Shown in pieces: positions 50,478 through 62,210 of a stretch of 64,000 nucleotides of DNA. Each line of letters begins with the position of its first letter. Within the stretch, counting starts at the first letter, position 1. The notes under the pieces were generated by a model. It saw nothing but the letters and a program-made list of their open reading frames with translations. It ran no database searches and was not told where the DNA came from. Made by a program: the position numbers and the translations under genes. This DNA is from Callorhinchus milii (Eukaryota): positions 58,840,001 through 58,904,000 of the forward strand of contig NW_024704742.1 in assembly GCF_018977255.1 (NCBI RefSeq), written 5' to 3'.

Positions 50478-50793
50478 TATAATAATAATCCTTGCATTTG
50501 ATATAGCGCTTTTCACGTTTTCTAGACGTCTCAAAGCGCTTCACAGAATATACTGTAAGGTGAATTGACTATATATTTGTGAGCAAAATACGGCAGCCAA
50601 ATGGCGCACAGCGGTGTCCCACAAACAGTCGTGGATTGAAGTGACCAATTTATTATTGTTTTTTTTTCTTGAGGGATTATTATTAGGCGTGTGGAGTAAG
50701 GAAACTTGCCCAAGGTTTTCCCCTGCTGGGAATCGAACCCAGGTCTCTCGCTTGAGAGGCGAGCGCTCTAACCACTGAGCTACAGGACTCCAC
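50478..50793 (-). mobile_element. tRNA-derived SINE, short form, full length (appears least diverged)
   Basis: Retains many CpGs; clean tail hairpin. Confidence 0.95.
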
Positions 50794-52891
50794 TGTGGAG
50801 TATAAAGCTGTGGACTGAAGGTACTTCTCTTTGAACAGAATCCACACCATTCTCAATGTCACAGCTACAAGACACCCAAGACTTGACTTTGAAATACAGT
50901 ACATACTGTGACGTGGGACAATTACACTGGCATACATATGATTATAGAACACAGAATACTTAATTCTCAAAGACTGAACAATGATTAGTGTAGTCTGTAT
51001 GTTTGGGTTTTAATTGTGTCACTACATATCCATTGTGATTACGTAGTCACTTTAAAGATCAGTGCATTATCTAAATTACCAACTAAATTACGGAGAGAAA
51101 CCATTAATTAAAACATACAAGTGTAACAGCTTGGGTGAATTTGGCAGAGAAACTCCTTTTAAAGCAGTTTGTTAATCTCTGCAAGCTCAAATTGAACTGC
51201 TGCCCAGGAAAAATGAATGTCTATGCTCACTGATGGCAGCTCAGGGTAGCAGAGAATATCCAGCTGTCTCCATCATAGCAACAATGGACAAGAATCCAAA
51301 ACAAATGTTGCATGATGTTACTTTGATTTTGTAGATACCTGAGATTCAAGAAGTGAAGATTAGAACGTACTGTATTTTTATTGTCTCTGCCATAACCTCT
51401 AGCTTGGGTGCAAAGCCTTGACGTCCATGTCTTGGGATGTCCTCTCAACATGAAAGGCGCTATATAAATGCAATTTGTTTGTCTTTTGGTTTGTCTTGTA
51501 TGTAGAAACATCTCAAAAATGATTTACATTAATTCCAGTCATATGTCACAACTGATTTTTGAAAATGAAGACAGCAGCAAAGTCTTCCAAACAGTCATTC
51601 GATGAAATACCAATTTATCTGAAGAAATGTTGGCCAGGACACCAGGAGAAACTCTTTTCTGTTCTTGAATAATATCATTGGCATCTTTAACATGTATTTG
51701 ATGCCAGGCAGAGAAGACATCTGTTCAACGCTACATGTAAAGCAATTGTATCTCTGACAAGGCAGTGCTCTTCCAGTACTGAGCTGTGAGCTCAAGTCCT
51801 GAGATAGCACATCATCTTTGACCCAGAAGCAAGAATGCTACCAAACTAATACTTAGAGCGCCCTGTGCTATCTCTTTGAAACAAAGAGAAGCATCATTAT
51901 CATGAGGGTAGAAAGTTTGAGAGAGAATGAGTGCTCAGCAACATTCATTGGAAGAAATTTTGAGAGACAGATTTCAGCTGAGTACAAAAGTATGACATTG
52001 ACCATTCTCCAATTTTAATACTCTTCACTTTAAAGGACAGCAAAAGGATTCTTCTTGAATTCAATCAGGAACATTATTTACAATCGACTTTCATAAGGAA
52101 ACAATAGCAAAAATGTTTTCAAAGATAACTGATCGAAATTCTGACAAATTAAGCCAGGAGCTACCTTGGGAGCACTTAATGTGCCTGTGTGGACAATACA
52201 CTGCTGGAACTGCAGGTCAAGAACGTGTTAGAAGATTTACAGTCTGATATAAATGTAACATAAAAGAAGTCCATATTTGGATTAGTTCAAACATTCCTTG
52301 CTGTTTAACAATAACAAGGTGTTAGAAAATGATACCTAGTGATAACTTAGAAAAACAATTTGTCTTAAAATTTAAGATTGTTAAGAATTGGGTGGGGGGG
52401 GCAGATAATTTTTAAACTCAACCTTAATTTGATAGCCAGTCAATCCTTGACTGTTTGTGGGACACCACTTGCGCAATTGGCTGCGGTATTCCTCCACGAA
52501 ATAGACAAGTCAATTCACTTTACAGCATATTCTGTGAAGCATTTTGAGACATCTCTATAGGCACTACATCAAATGCAAGAATTATTAGTCCTTTATAAGA
52601 CAAAGTAGTTGTACAGGAAAACACTAGATGGAATGAAAGGCCTACGAGCCAACAATTGTGATGCTTTGATGTGCTAAGGGTCATGGATTGAGTTCAATGA
52701 CCTTCTGATGTTTAACACATGGATTGTGTATTGAAGGCAGACCTCCACTGCCCTGAATCCAATCTCAAAGGCTGTGTCAAGAAGACAGCCACACCATCCA
52801 TTGGAGTTTAACTCGTGGATCTCAGCATTTGTCTGCTTGACAGTAATAATGTTAACAATGTTAACAAGATAATCCAATGCAAACCTAACAT

Positions 52892-53291
52892 GCAGAGTCC
52901 TGTAGCTCAGTGGTTAGAGCACTAGCCTCACAAGCAAGAGACCTGGGTTTGATTCCCGGCAGGGCAAAACGTTGGCTAAGTTTCCTAACTCCACACACTT
53001 CTGATTACCTAGCAGTAAGTAGGAACCCGGTTGTTAATCAATTGGCGGATTGCTTTTCCGGGGATAATAATCTCTCAAATAAAAAGTAATAATAATAATT
53101 TGTGTATTGAAGGCAGACCTCCACTGCCCTGATGACACGATTGTTTGTGTGACACTGTTGTGCACAATTGGTTGCGGTGTTTCACCCACATATATACAGT
53201 TAATTCACTTTACAGTATATTCTGTGAAGCCCTTTGAGATGTGAAAAGCACTACATCAAATGCAACGATTATTATTATTAGATTATTATTA
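52892..53291 (+). mobile_element. tRNA-derived SINE, long form, with a 33-bp insertion copied from upstream flank
   Basis: 53100-53132 is identical to 52724-52756. Confidence 0.92.
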
Positions 53292-53484
53292 TGTGTGAGG
53301 CTGGTTTGCTGATGTGGCCACTGAGAATTATATTAGGAGAGGGACAAGTTCATCTCCCGCTTGCCTGGGAACAGTTAATGCCTTAAATATCAATGAATGT
53401 GTGATGTAGCACCATATGTGTTATGTTCATAACATCACAATTTTCATTCCATAGATGCTATTGAAATAAAAAGTGCTGAATTCT

Positions 53485-53845
53485 CATGGTGGCTCAGAAT
53501 ATACATGCAATGGCTTGTGTGGACCTCACCTTTAGAGAATCAAGAAGATCTTACATTCAGTCTCTCATTTGTGCAGTTCTCAGCTAAGGCAGCATGTGAG
53601 GTTGCACAATTAGCCCTGGGTTAGAGGAGGAAAAAGAAACAGCAAAATCTCCCTGACTATTTTCTAGTCACCACCAATGAGTATAAGATAGACAGGCCAT
53701 ACGCTTCCTCCCACCTCAAAGTTAAATAGGACCATCACTCACTGTCTAGAAAGCACACTCAAGTGAGATACTGGAGAGTCGCATGGCGCCTGTAGAGCAA
53801 TATCCCACACAAGTTAATTCTACATTCAGAAAAGAATGGGAGGGT
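53485..53845 (+). mobile_element. Very old SINE-like element, near full length
   Basis: ggtggctcag...cacaattagccctgggttagaggaggaaaaa...cactcactgtctag... Confidence 0.5.
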
Positions 53846-54053
53846 CTGGGAGGGGATTGGGGGCACAACAAAAGAGCAGAACACAGAGTTACAGATCATG
53901 AGTGAGCATCAACGACGGCCTGTACACCAAAGCTGAGATCATAGTCACAGAACAGGAGAATGCACAAAGTGAAGGTCTGAGAGAAGAACATATTTTGGCA
54001 AGTTGCTCACCTTAGGATGTTGACAATGTGCTTTTTACCATATCATCATGTTT

Positions 54054-54407
54054 GTGCACTCCTGTAGCTCAGTGGTTAGAGCACTCTTCCCGAAAGCAAG
54101 AGGACCTGGTTCGATTCCTGGGCAGAACAAAACGTTGGGTAAATTTTCTTAACCCACTCCTCTGTTTATCTAGCAGTAAGTAGGAACCTGGTTGTTAGTC
54201 TACTGGTGGATCGCTTTTCCGGGTGTAATAATCTCTTAAAAAAAAATTTGGTCACTCAATCCCCAGCTGTTTCTGGGACACCGCTGTGTGCAATTGGCTG
54301 CTGCGTTTTGCTCACAAAATATGCAGTTAATTCACTTTGCAGTATTTTCTGTGAGACGTCTTGAAGATGTGATAAGGTGCCATATCAAATGTAAGGATTA
54401 TTATTAT
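54054..54407 (+). mobile_element. tRNA-derived SINE, long form
   Basis: A/B boxes, long internal segment and tail present. Confidence 0.92.
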
Positions 54408-55339
54408 CATATTATGAATGGCAGAGGCCTGGGAGCTGGAACCATATCTGCTATCATGCCCAGAGAATGATAAGCAGAATTGGAGGAAAAAGCTGAAATG
54501 GGGAGAGAAAAGGCAGCACACATGTGCAAAAGGCTGGTTTTCTACTGCATCTCTTCTGCTAATTTACCATTTAACACATCCCCTCCAGACATTCCCCTCC
54601 ATTGTTGGTATAAATTCAGTTGGCAAAAGAATACGTGGTATCAGACAGCCAGGTTTTTTTTATATAAAAAGGTCTGAATCATTTAAAAAAAAGTTATGTA
54701 TTATCATAATGTTGGGTGGATATGGTGGGGGGTTGTTGGGAGCAGCAAGTCTGATTCAATATTTCTTGGCAAACGAGTGAGTGGAACGAAGCCTGTGTAC
54801 CAGACTTGTCTTGTGGGGAGGGACTGAGAGGGTATTTGCACTGGGACCAGAGAAGGAATGCATGATAGATCCAAATCCTTGAAAGTCCCAAGAGCCATCT
54901 CCTAGCCAGGGTGATCTGCTGGAACACGGTGGGTGGAAAGAAATCATCTTTAAAGATTGACACAATGAAACTTTATTCAAATCCAAATTCCTAATCCTCA
55001 GCTCCTTTCTTCATGTGAAAATGTTTTAGTCGGAAACTTTCTTTGCAGCCAAGAAAATAGTTGATCAAAACATTCCAGTGGAATTTGGAACAGAAACGAG
55101 GTCAAAGACTGGAAGCAGCTCGCATGACAGATTTACAAAATGCCTGAGTAGGTAGGAATGTTAGTATAAGAAGTCAGGAAAATGACTAGGCTCAGTTGGA
55201 ATGAGCGTCAGTGCAGACAGATCAATTGGTTTGGACAAGCAGAATTCATCGGACTGATTTTTTTTAACAAAAGCAGATGACTGGCATGGAGCAACACAGC
55301 CCACCTGAAAGATGTGACTACAAGCAGTGGTTCTGAGCA

Positions 55340-55610
55340 GAAGTTAAGATGAGGTCCCATTTGCCTGTGTTCCAGCTGTACATTAAAGATCCTGTGACAC
55401 CACTCAAAAAGAGAAGGTGCTCCCCTGACCAAACCTCTTCCAGAGAAATTGGTCAATTCATCTCATAACTGTTTGTGCGACTTTGCTGGTGCAAACGATT
55501 GCTACATTTGCCTTCAAAAATAGTCATGACACTTGACAACACGTAATGGTGAAGTGCTTTGGGATGTTTCGACATGAGAAAATGCTATACAATTGTCAGT
55601 TCTTCCTTTT
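55340..55610 (+). mobile_element. Diverged Deu-SINE
   Basis: cattaaagatcctgtgacac...aattggtcaattcatctcataactgtttgtg. Confidence 0.6.
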
Positions 55611-55779
55611 TTCTAATATTCAATGTCACAAAGTGGGACAAAATGCTCGTTGGGAGTCCCATTAGGAGCCATAGCAGGCAAAGGGGTGCTGAGCAACTGC
55701 TGCAGAGTCGCTCTGCTCGAGAGGTGAAGGAGAGAGAAGAAAACCTCAGCGGGAAGGATCTAGATGCCGGGCGGTCTCT

Positions 55780-55795
55780 GTCGCCTCCTGGTGGC
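55780..55795 (-). promoter_or_regulatory. CTCF-like motif
   Basis: Minus strand GCCACCAGGAGGCGAC vs consensus CCASYAGRKGGCRS, within a locally CpG-rich patch. Confidence 0.45.
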
Positions 55796-58700
55796 TAGCG
55801 ATAAGTGGAACCACGTGTAGCCTACGCGTTTATCCGCTTAGTTCCAGGCATAGAAGCTCGACAGACAAAAGGACTAGGGTTGAAAGCAGAAAAAAAAGCA
55901 CATTCCAGAATACCACACTCTTCCCCCAGTAAAAATGAAGTACAAAAAAAAATCATATTGTCTGGAAACAGCGGGATGGTAAAAAGGGTGAGAATTTTTC
56001 AGAAACAGTAGATGGGACATCAAAGAGTCGCAAATCCGCTTTTGGGGAGCAGTAATTGATGGTCTAATCCTCTCACAGGGAGGCAACCCTACAATGCAAG
56101 TATCGGTTGGAGATGCAAACAGGATGAACATGAAAGAAAAATTGCATTGTCAAAGTGACCACTTTCATGTACTGTAGTCTAACAAATAAACTGAGGTAGG
56201 GAAGAAGAAATATTCAGCCGTTTAAAGATTTTTTGCTAAGGCAAAAGGAATTTTTTTAACACTGCCAACCACCTCCACTTTTTAAAAACTTACACCATTT
56301 ACATTAGCTGATACTACCAGACTCTCAAGAAATTAATGACCAGTGTTATGTATAATTGCATTTAAATGGATTTACCTGACTTAACTGTTAATTAGGCTTT
56401 TAAACCAAAACACAACAATTAACCTCTTTGAGGGCTATGGCAATGTTTCAAAACTCGAAATGAAAGTGCATAATGTTACATCAGAAACTCTTTGTTTGGT
56501 CTGCCGGGTGTCTGACACATGCAGAAACCCATCGCCATGTTAAGAGTATCCAAACCAGACAGAGTTCTATGTATGCCACCTATACTTGGAAATTCATTTC
56601 TGGAATTTGACCATTAAGATACTTGGTAAGCTATCCGGCCTCAGCTGGTTAGACTCCACTGAGAGCACGGTCTGGCAAGCTTGCCGCTGAATGTCCAGCT
56701 AGAACCATCCTATATGTTAGGGCTATGGCTTGTACAGTTAACAGAGCCAAGTGATCCTACTGACTTGCCCGGTGGTTTGTCATCGGCATGTCACCTTCCA
56801 ACCTGTGATGTGAAACAGAAAGCAAACATCTGCTTTCACTTCTTAGCTTTACTTTGGTCCCAAGGAACATGCGAACAGAGCCACAAAAATGTCAGAACAT
56901 TGGGATGGCTTTCTGCTGGTATGCTATCTTTATAGTCATCCGTTACATTAAAAAAAATCACAAGTTTTATTGCTAGAGCAAGTTGCATTGATCTCCAGTA
57001 GTCTTCAAACAGCTTACAGACAATGCGTCTAAGTTTCTCAGGCTTGTGCTGCATGACTGTCTAAATGGTCAATTGTACAAACTTTCTATAAGTCGGGCAC
57101 TTGGGTTTGTATCAGCTAGGTGCATACGCATGGGTTGCCGAATGAAAAAGCCACAAGGTTTGGCAAATACAATTCAATGTTAAAGATGTATTAACATACG
57201 GTCCTCATTTGGTAACACAGTAACATCAGCTAAAACCGCTAGGCTAGATTCTAGCTGTGTGCCAACACCTAAACGTTCGCTCCACCACCATTACCAGCCA
57301 TGATACCAGGGCTTTCTTTCCCAACTCCATACAACTTCAAGACAAGGATGAACCATAACTTTTGACAGCTCAACATTGGTAAGAATGAAAGTCGCACCTC
57401 CTGCTCTCCATTGACTTTGCCAAATTCCACTAGCTATTTATCATCAGATCAGTTTCAAGATCCTGATTTACAGTTTCTTCCATAGACTCCATGCTGCCAA
57501 TCAGATCTTCGCAAGCCCCATTTCCTCATCTCTCTGCTCTTTTGACTTTGGACTCTTGCTCGTGTTCCCTTCTCTTCAATTCACAATCAACTTCTGACCT
57601 TTCAGCAACCATGCCTCTGCCACTGTCACATTCATTTTGTTTCACTTCAACTCTCTTCGCTTTCAATAATCTTTCAGAAAACACCTATCTCTGCACTTAT
57701 GCCCTCCTTCACTTCTACATTTCTTCCTCTTTTTGGTCGCTGCAGACCAATCCCTTTGTTAAGCACTTTGAGACTTTTTGTTATATAAACAGAGCTTTAC
57801 AAGTATAAGTTATTACTGATGTAATACACCTCAAAGAAACCATACAGCTACATGGAGCTAAACATAGTCAAACCACTTTAAATCACAAAATAATAAGCAG
57901 TCTGCCTGAATCTCCAGCGGGTGATGGGAAAATGATCGCTTCATGCATAAACTAAGCAAACATTCAAACAAACATACTTCGAAGACCCTTATTGAAAGAA
58001 CTTACTAAGAAGGAACCATAGGGAAGAAATCCTGAAGACTTGAAACTCAAGCATCAGATGGAAGTATCATCTAACCAATCTGCACCCTGCTGGCAAGTTG
58101 TGCCTTGATGCTATCTACATGATACTTGCCCTAAGAAACCATGTGCTGAAATACATCAAGAGTGAGATCAAAACCCACAGAAATAAGCACCTTCTAATCT
58201 AATCTAATGGTGTGAACATGACATGTCAAGCAACAACACAGTTGTTCCTGAAGAAATATACGACTGAGCATTCACCTTCTTGCAGATATTTGGCTTTTCT
58301 AAGCTTAAAAATGTTTCACAGCAACAAAACTGCCTCAAGTGCTTAAAAATAGGAATGCTACGTGTACAGGGAGTGAGGAGAAGCATGGGATTACTTGATG
58401 GGATTACTTGATGGGTTTAATAACCTTCGTACACGCTTGAATATCATATGATTCTACTCACTAAAAAACATTAAATATTCTCTGTGGGAGAATCTTGGTA
58501 GTTAGAAGGCGGTGTTTGATTGTAAATTCATCTAAGGTCAGGGAGAAGTTGCAGAACATTGCCAACTCTGGAAACCAACGTGGGTCCATTTCATTCAATC
58601 AGCAGGGTTTGTGAGAATTCAGATCTTCACATTGGGCAGTTTTCAGCCAAAGAAGGAATGGAACATGTTTATGATTCCTTACCTGGATTCACAGCTTTCT

Positions 58701-61242
58701 CTCGAAGGCAGTGAGAGGAATGATTACCAGACAAATGTGAATTGCATTGGTAAATAACGGAGCTCTCTTGGTAAAGTTGCAGAGATAAAATCATCCTTAC
58801 ATTTTTTTCCTCTCCCATGTCATATTGTCAACTCTATTGGTGCCTGCTGGTGTACCCATAGTGAAGTGGTAAAATGGTCTTGAGACACATCAATTCCTTA
58901 TTCCTGATCAATTACTTGGCTGATGGGATGAGAGTCAAAGACTGATGTGATTGCAGACAACATTAAAGTCTCCACCACACTGCCCCATGCCAAGCCGAAT
59001 TCATCCATGGGCTAGAGACGCTTTCAAGTTTTGTTTTACATTTCACATCACTAAAATTGACAACCAACTGGGCCTCTGGCTCCCCTGCGGTTTGTTTTTT
59101 TAGATTAGTAAAGGTACAGTTCAGCCGTCTCAACATTAACCACAAGAAAGCACACAGCAGCTAAGTCCCTGCGATCAACTGAGTGAGCAGACACAAAAGC
59201 TGCCCCAGTTGCCGCAGTCTGCAAAGACTGCAGCGGACAGGCCACGTCTCGCCTCGCCGAGATGGTGTTCGTGAACAGATCTTGCCACTCTCAACGGTGT
59301 CCTGAGACATGTGCTCAATTGCATCAAGCTAAATGAGGTGAGGGTGGTTCAGTGCAACCTTCTGTCATTGCAACACTGACAGAATGTGGCATCTCTGTGC
59401 ATGCTCCAGTGGATGATTAGAGGAGAGGCAGCAGTACCTTTGGCTGAACTTGCGCCCTGCCTGAAGACACTTGGCAGATCAACACACCAGGCAACAAAAA
59501 CCCAGAGATTTCATCTGGAATAACCGTGCTCATAAACTGTCCATCACACATGCTTTTTTATATATCAGACCATACCCTTGTGGAATACTTTACCACCTGT
59601 GCGCCTCATGACTAATGATCATCCGAAAGAACTACAAGCATTCGATGCTGCAGTGCAATGAATACAACGATAGCCTGACCCCTTGTACATGTGTCAAGGC
59701 ACTTTCTATATTGTGCTTTGAGCCGGTTTGCATTGTGGCATGGTCCATGATTTACATGAAACTAATCTTCACTCAGCAAGGACATAGTTAAGAGCTGATA
59801 TCAGAGAACCTCGCCTGATCACAAACAGTGCTGAATTTACCCGTTTGACATTTCTCATTTCTTCCACATACAGAAACCGTACTGCTTTTGAATTTCAGGA
59901 TTTGTGTACACACACATTTTTAAAATACTCTGTAAAGATCACATCTTCAAATCCCTATGCATAATTTCATGCCTTCAGGCCATCCTCCAGAAACTACCTG
60001 CATTCCTTGACTGCTGATGCCTATACAGTGCTCAATTACATCAAGCTAAATAAGAAACAGAATCAAAGGCATCTCTCAGAAATCGTTCGCTTATGAAACC
60101 TGCTAACCACAAATAATAAACACCACTCATAATTTACAAAAAGCATGCAGGAAACAGACACAGACAAGGCACAGAAACACTGGCAGAGACAGGGAGAGGA
60201 GGAGCAGCTCTTGATGTGACCTCGTGAATAAGTATAAATGATAGCTGGGAATCTGCTTCTTGCTGCTTTTTCTACAGATGCTGATATTTTGTTTGAGGGA
60301 ACACATTGATTACATCCCATAAATACCAGGCTCTATGGTCATGTTACAAATGGATCTTTCCATTAAATAGTTAATTTGCAGAGGGTACAAAACAGTGCTG
60401 TAAGTCATAACATAATTTACACACAGCAATTCCATGATGTGGATAATTTGCAAAAATAAACAGTTCTGTATCCCATTAAATAGTTTATACACACACAAAT
60501 CTAAGACATTTCCTGGCTGTTGAGAAAAGCATAATACACCTGCTGGAAAAATGGTCTTTGCCCACTGTGAGTTCTCGCCTTGATCAGCACAAAATAATAA
60601 CAATGAAAATGAAAAAATTTTAAATATAATTTGATAAAAAAGCACAGTAATATAGCCGGGAACTTCCTGCCTCTTTAATCTTACTGAAAACAGCAGGAAT
60701 AGGATCAGTTAGCACTGAACCACTGGTTATTGTTGAGTTTTGCCTTGTGATGCTTTCCTGTCTTCAGCCTTTACACATTATGACAGCAGTTCTTGTCAAG
60801 TGTACTAAAGCTGATGGACAGCTTCCAGTGAAAGCAAAACCAAAAAAAGTTATTTTTATTCAATTACTATTTTGTAATTCAACAGAATTGTAGGCTGATT
60901 TATTTCCCCCAAAAGATATTTCAGGCACTACTTTAGAATTGTATAAAGGAAAATTGTGGGGCTGTGCGGTTTCAATGATTTACCAATTTTACTACCACCT
61001 TACAGCTGTGGCAGGCTAAATAGATGTAAACACTTTTTTCTTCAATCTGAAATCTGTTAAATTTTCATGTCTATTTAAAGCTGCGTGCAATCGCACAATA
61101 ATTTATCTTCTATACTTCACAATCCAATTGCTTAATGCACATTTTTTTCTTTAATGTTGCCAATTTTGAAGCAATAGCATTTTTTACATTCTTATGTCAA
61201 GATTCAAGGTACACAGCTCAACAGGATTCACGGCAATCCAGT

Positions 61243-61543
61243 ATAATAATAATGATAATCCTTGCATTTGATGTAGCACTTTTTATGTCTTCTAGACATC
61301 TCAGACTATACTGTAAAGTGTATTGACTGTATACTTGTGGGCAAAACACGGCAGCCAATTGCGCACAGCAGTGACCCACAAACAGTCATGGATTGAGTGA
61401 CCAAATTTTTATTGTTTATTTTCTTGAGGGATTATTATTAAGCGTGTGGAGTAAGGAAACTTGCCCAATTCCCTGCCGGGAATTGAACCCAGATCTCTCG
61501 GTTGCAAGGCGAGTTCTCTAACCACCGAGCTACAGGAGTCCAC
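61243..61543 (-). mobile_element. tRNA-derived SINE, short form
   Basis: gggattattattaagcgtgtggagtaagg junction; CTTGCAA anticodon loop. Confidence 0.92.
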
Positions 61544-61699
61544 GATTGTCCCAGATTTGCATCCAAATTGGAACGGAATGGCATTATCTTACATTCTGTT
61601 GCTAAACTGTGGCATTCGACTATTTCTATGTGAACCATTCACATTTTGACATGATCAAAATAATGAAGATTCAATGCTTGACATTATGAATGCTGTTAA

Positions 61700-62080
61700 T
61701 CACAACATTGGTTCGGATGAAGAAAGTCCTTCAGTCCATTTGATCTCATCCTTCCAGAATAATCATATTACCATCCTCCCATTACATCAGAGCGACCTGG
61801 TCTCAACCAACCTTCCTGGCAACCTGTTCCAATTGTTAATTATTCTGTGGGTAAAGAAATACTTGCTGATATCTGTCCTGAAATTGCTTTTTGCAACCCT
61901 GAATATGTGCCCTCTTGTTCTGCTTTCTCAGTGCATCCTAAAGTACAATTCTGTGTTTATTTTCTGAATCCCCTTTAAAACCTTATTTATCTCTAGACCA
62001 CCTCCTTCTGAAACATCTCTTTTCTAGATTGAAGAGACACAGTTTGTCCAATTGTTCCATTTTGCTCATTCCTCTCACAC
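61700..62080 (-). mobile_element. Diverged CR1 3' region
   Basis: ccttcctggcaacctgttcca...tctgtgggtaaagaaatacttgctgatatctgtcctgaa...atgtgccctcttgttctgct. Confidence 0.65.
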
Positions 62081-62083
62081 GCG

Positions 62084-62210
62084 GGACCTCCCTGCCCTCC
62101 ACCCCTCCTGATCCTAACCCTCTGCTCAGGTCCAAATCTCTGACTGTCCAGCACCTTGGATCATCCTCCCAATGTGAAAGGCCGTATACAAATGTAATTT
62201 GTCGTTGTTG
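62084..62210 (+). mobile_element. L2 3' end
   Basis: ctgtccagcaccttggatcatcctcccaatgtgaaaggccgtatacaaatgtaatttgtcgttgttg. Confidence 0.8.

Noticed and set aside
58385..58415. 13-bp tandem duplication atgggattacttg
   Set aside because: Ordinary slippage duplication; similar ones occur at 16383-16422 and ~8448-8474.
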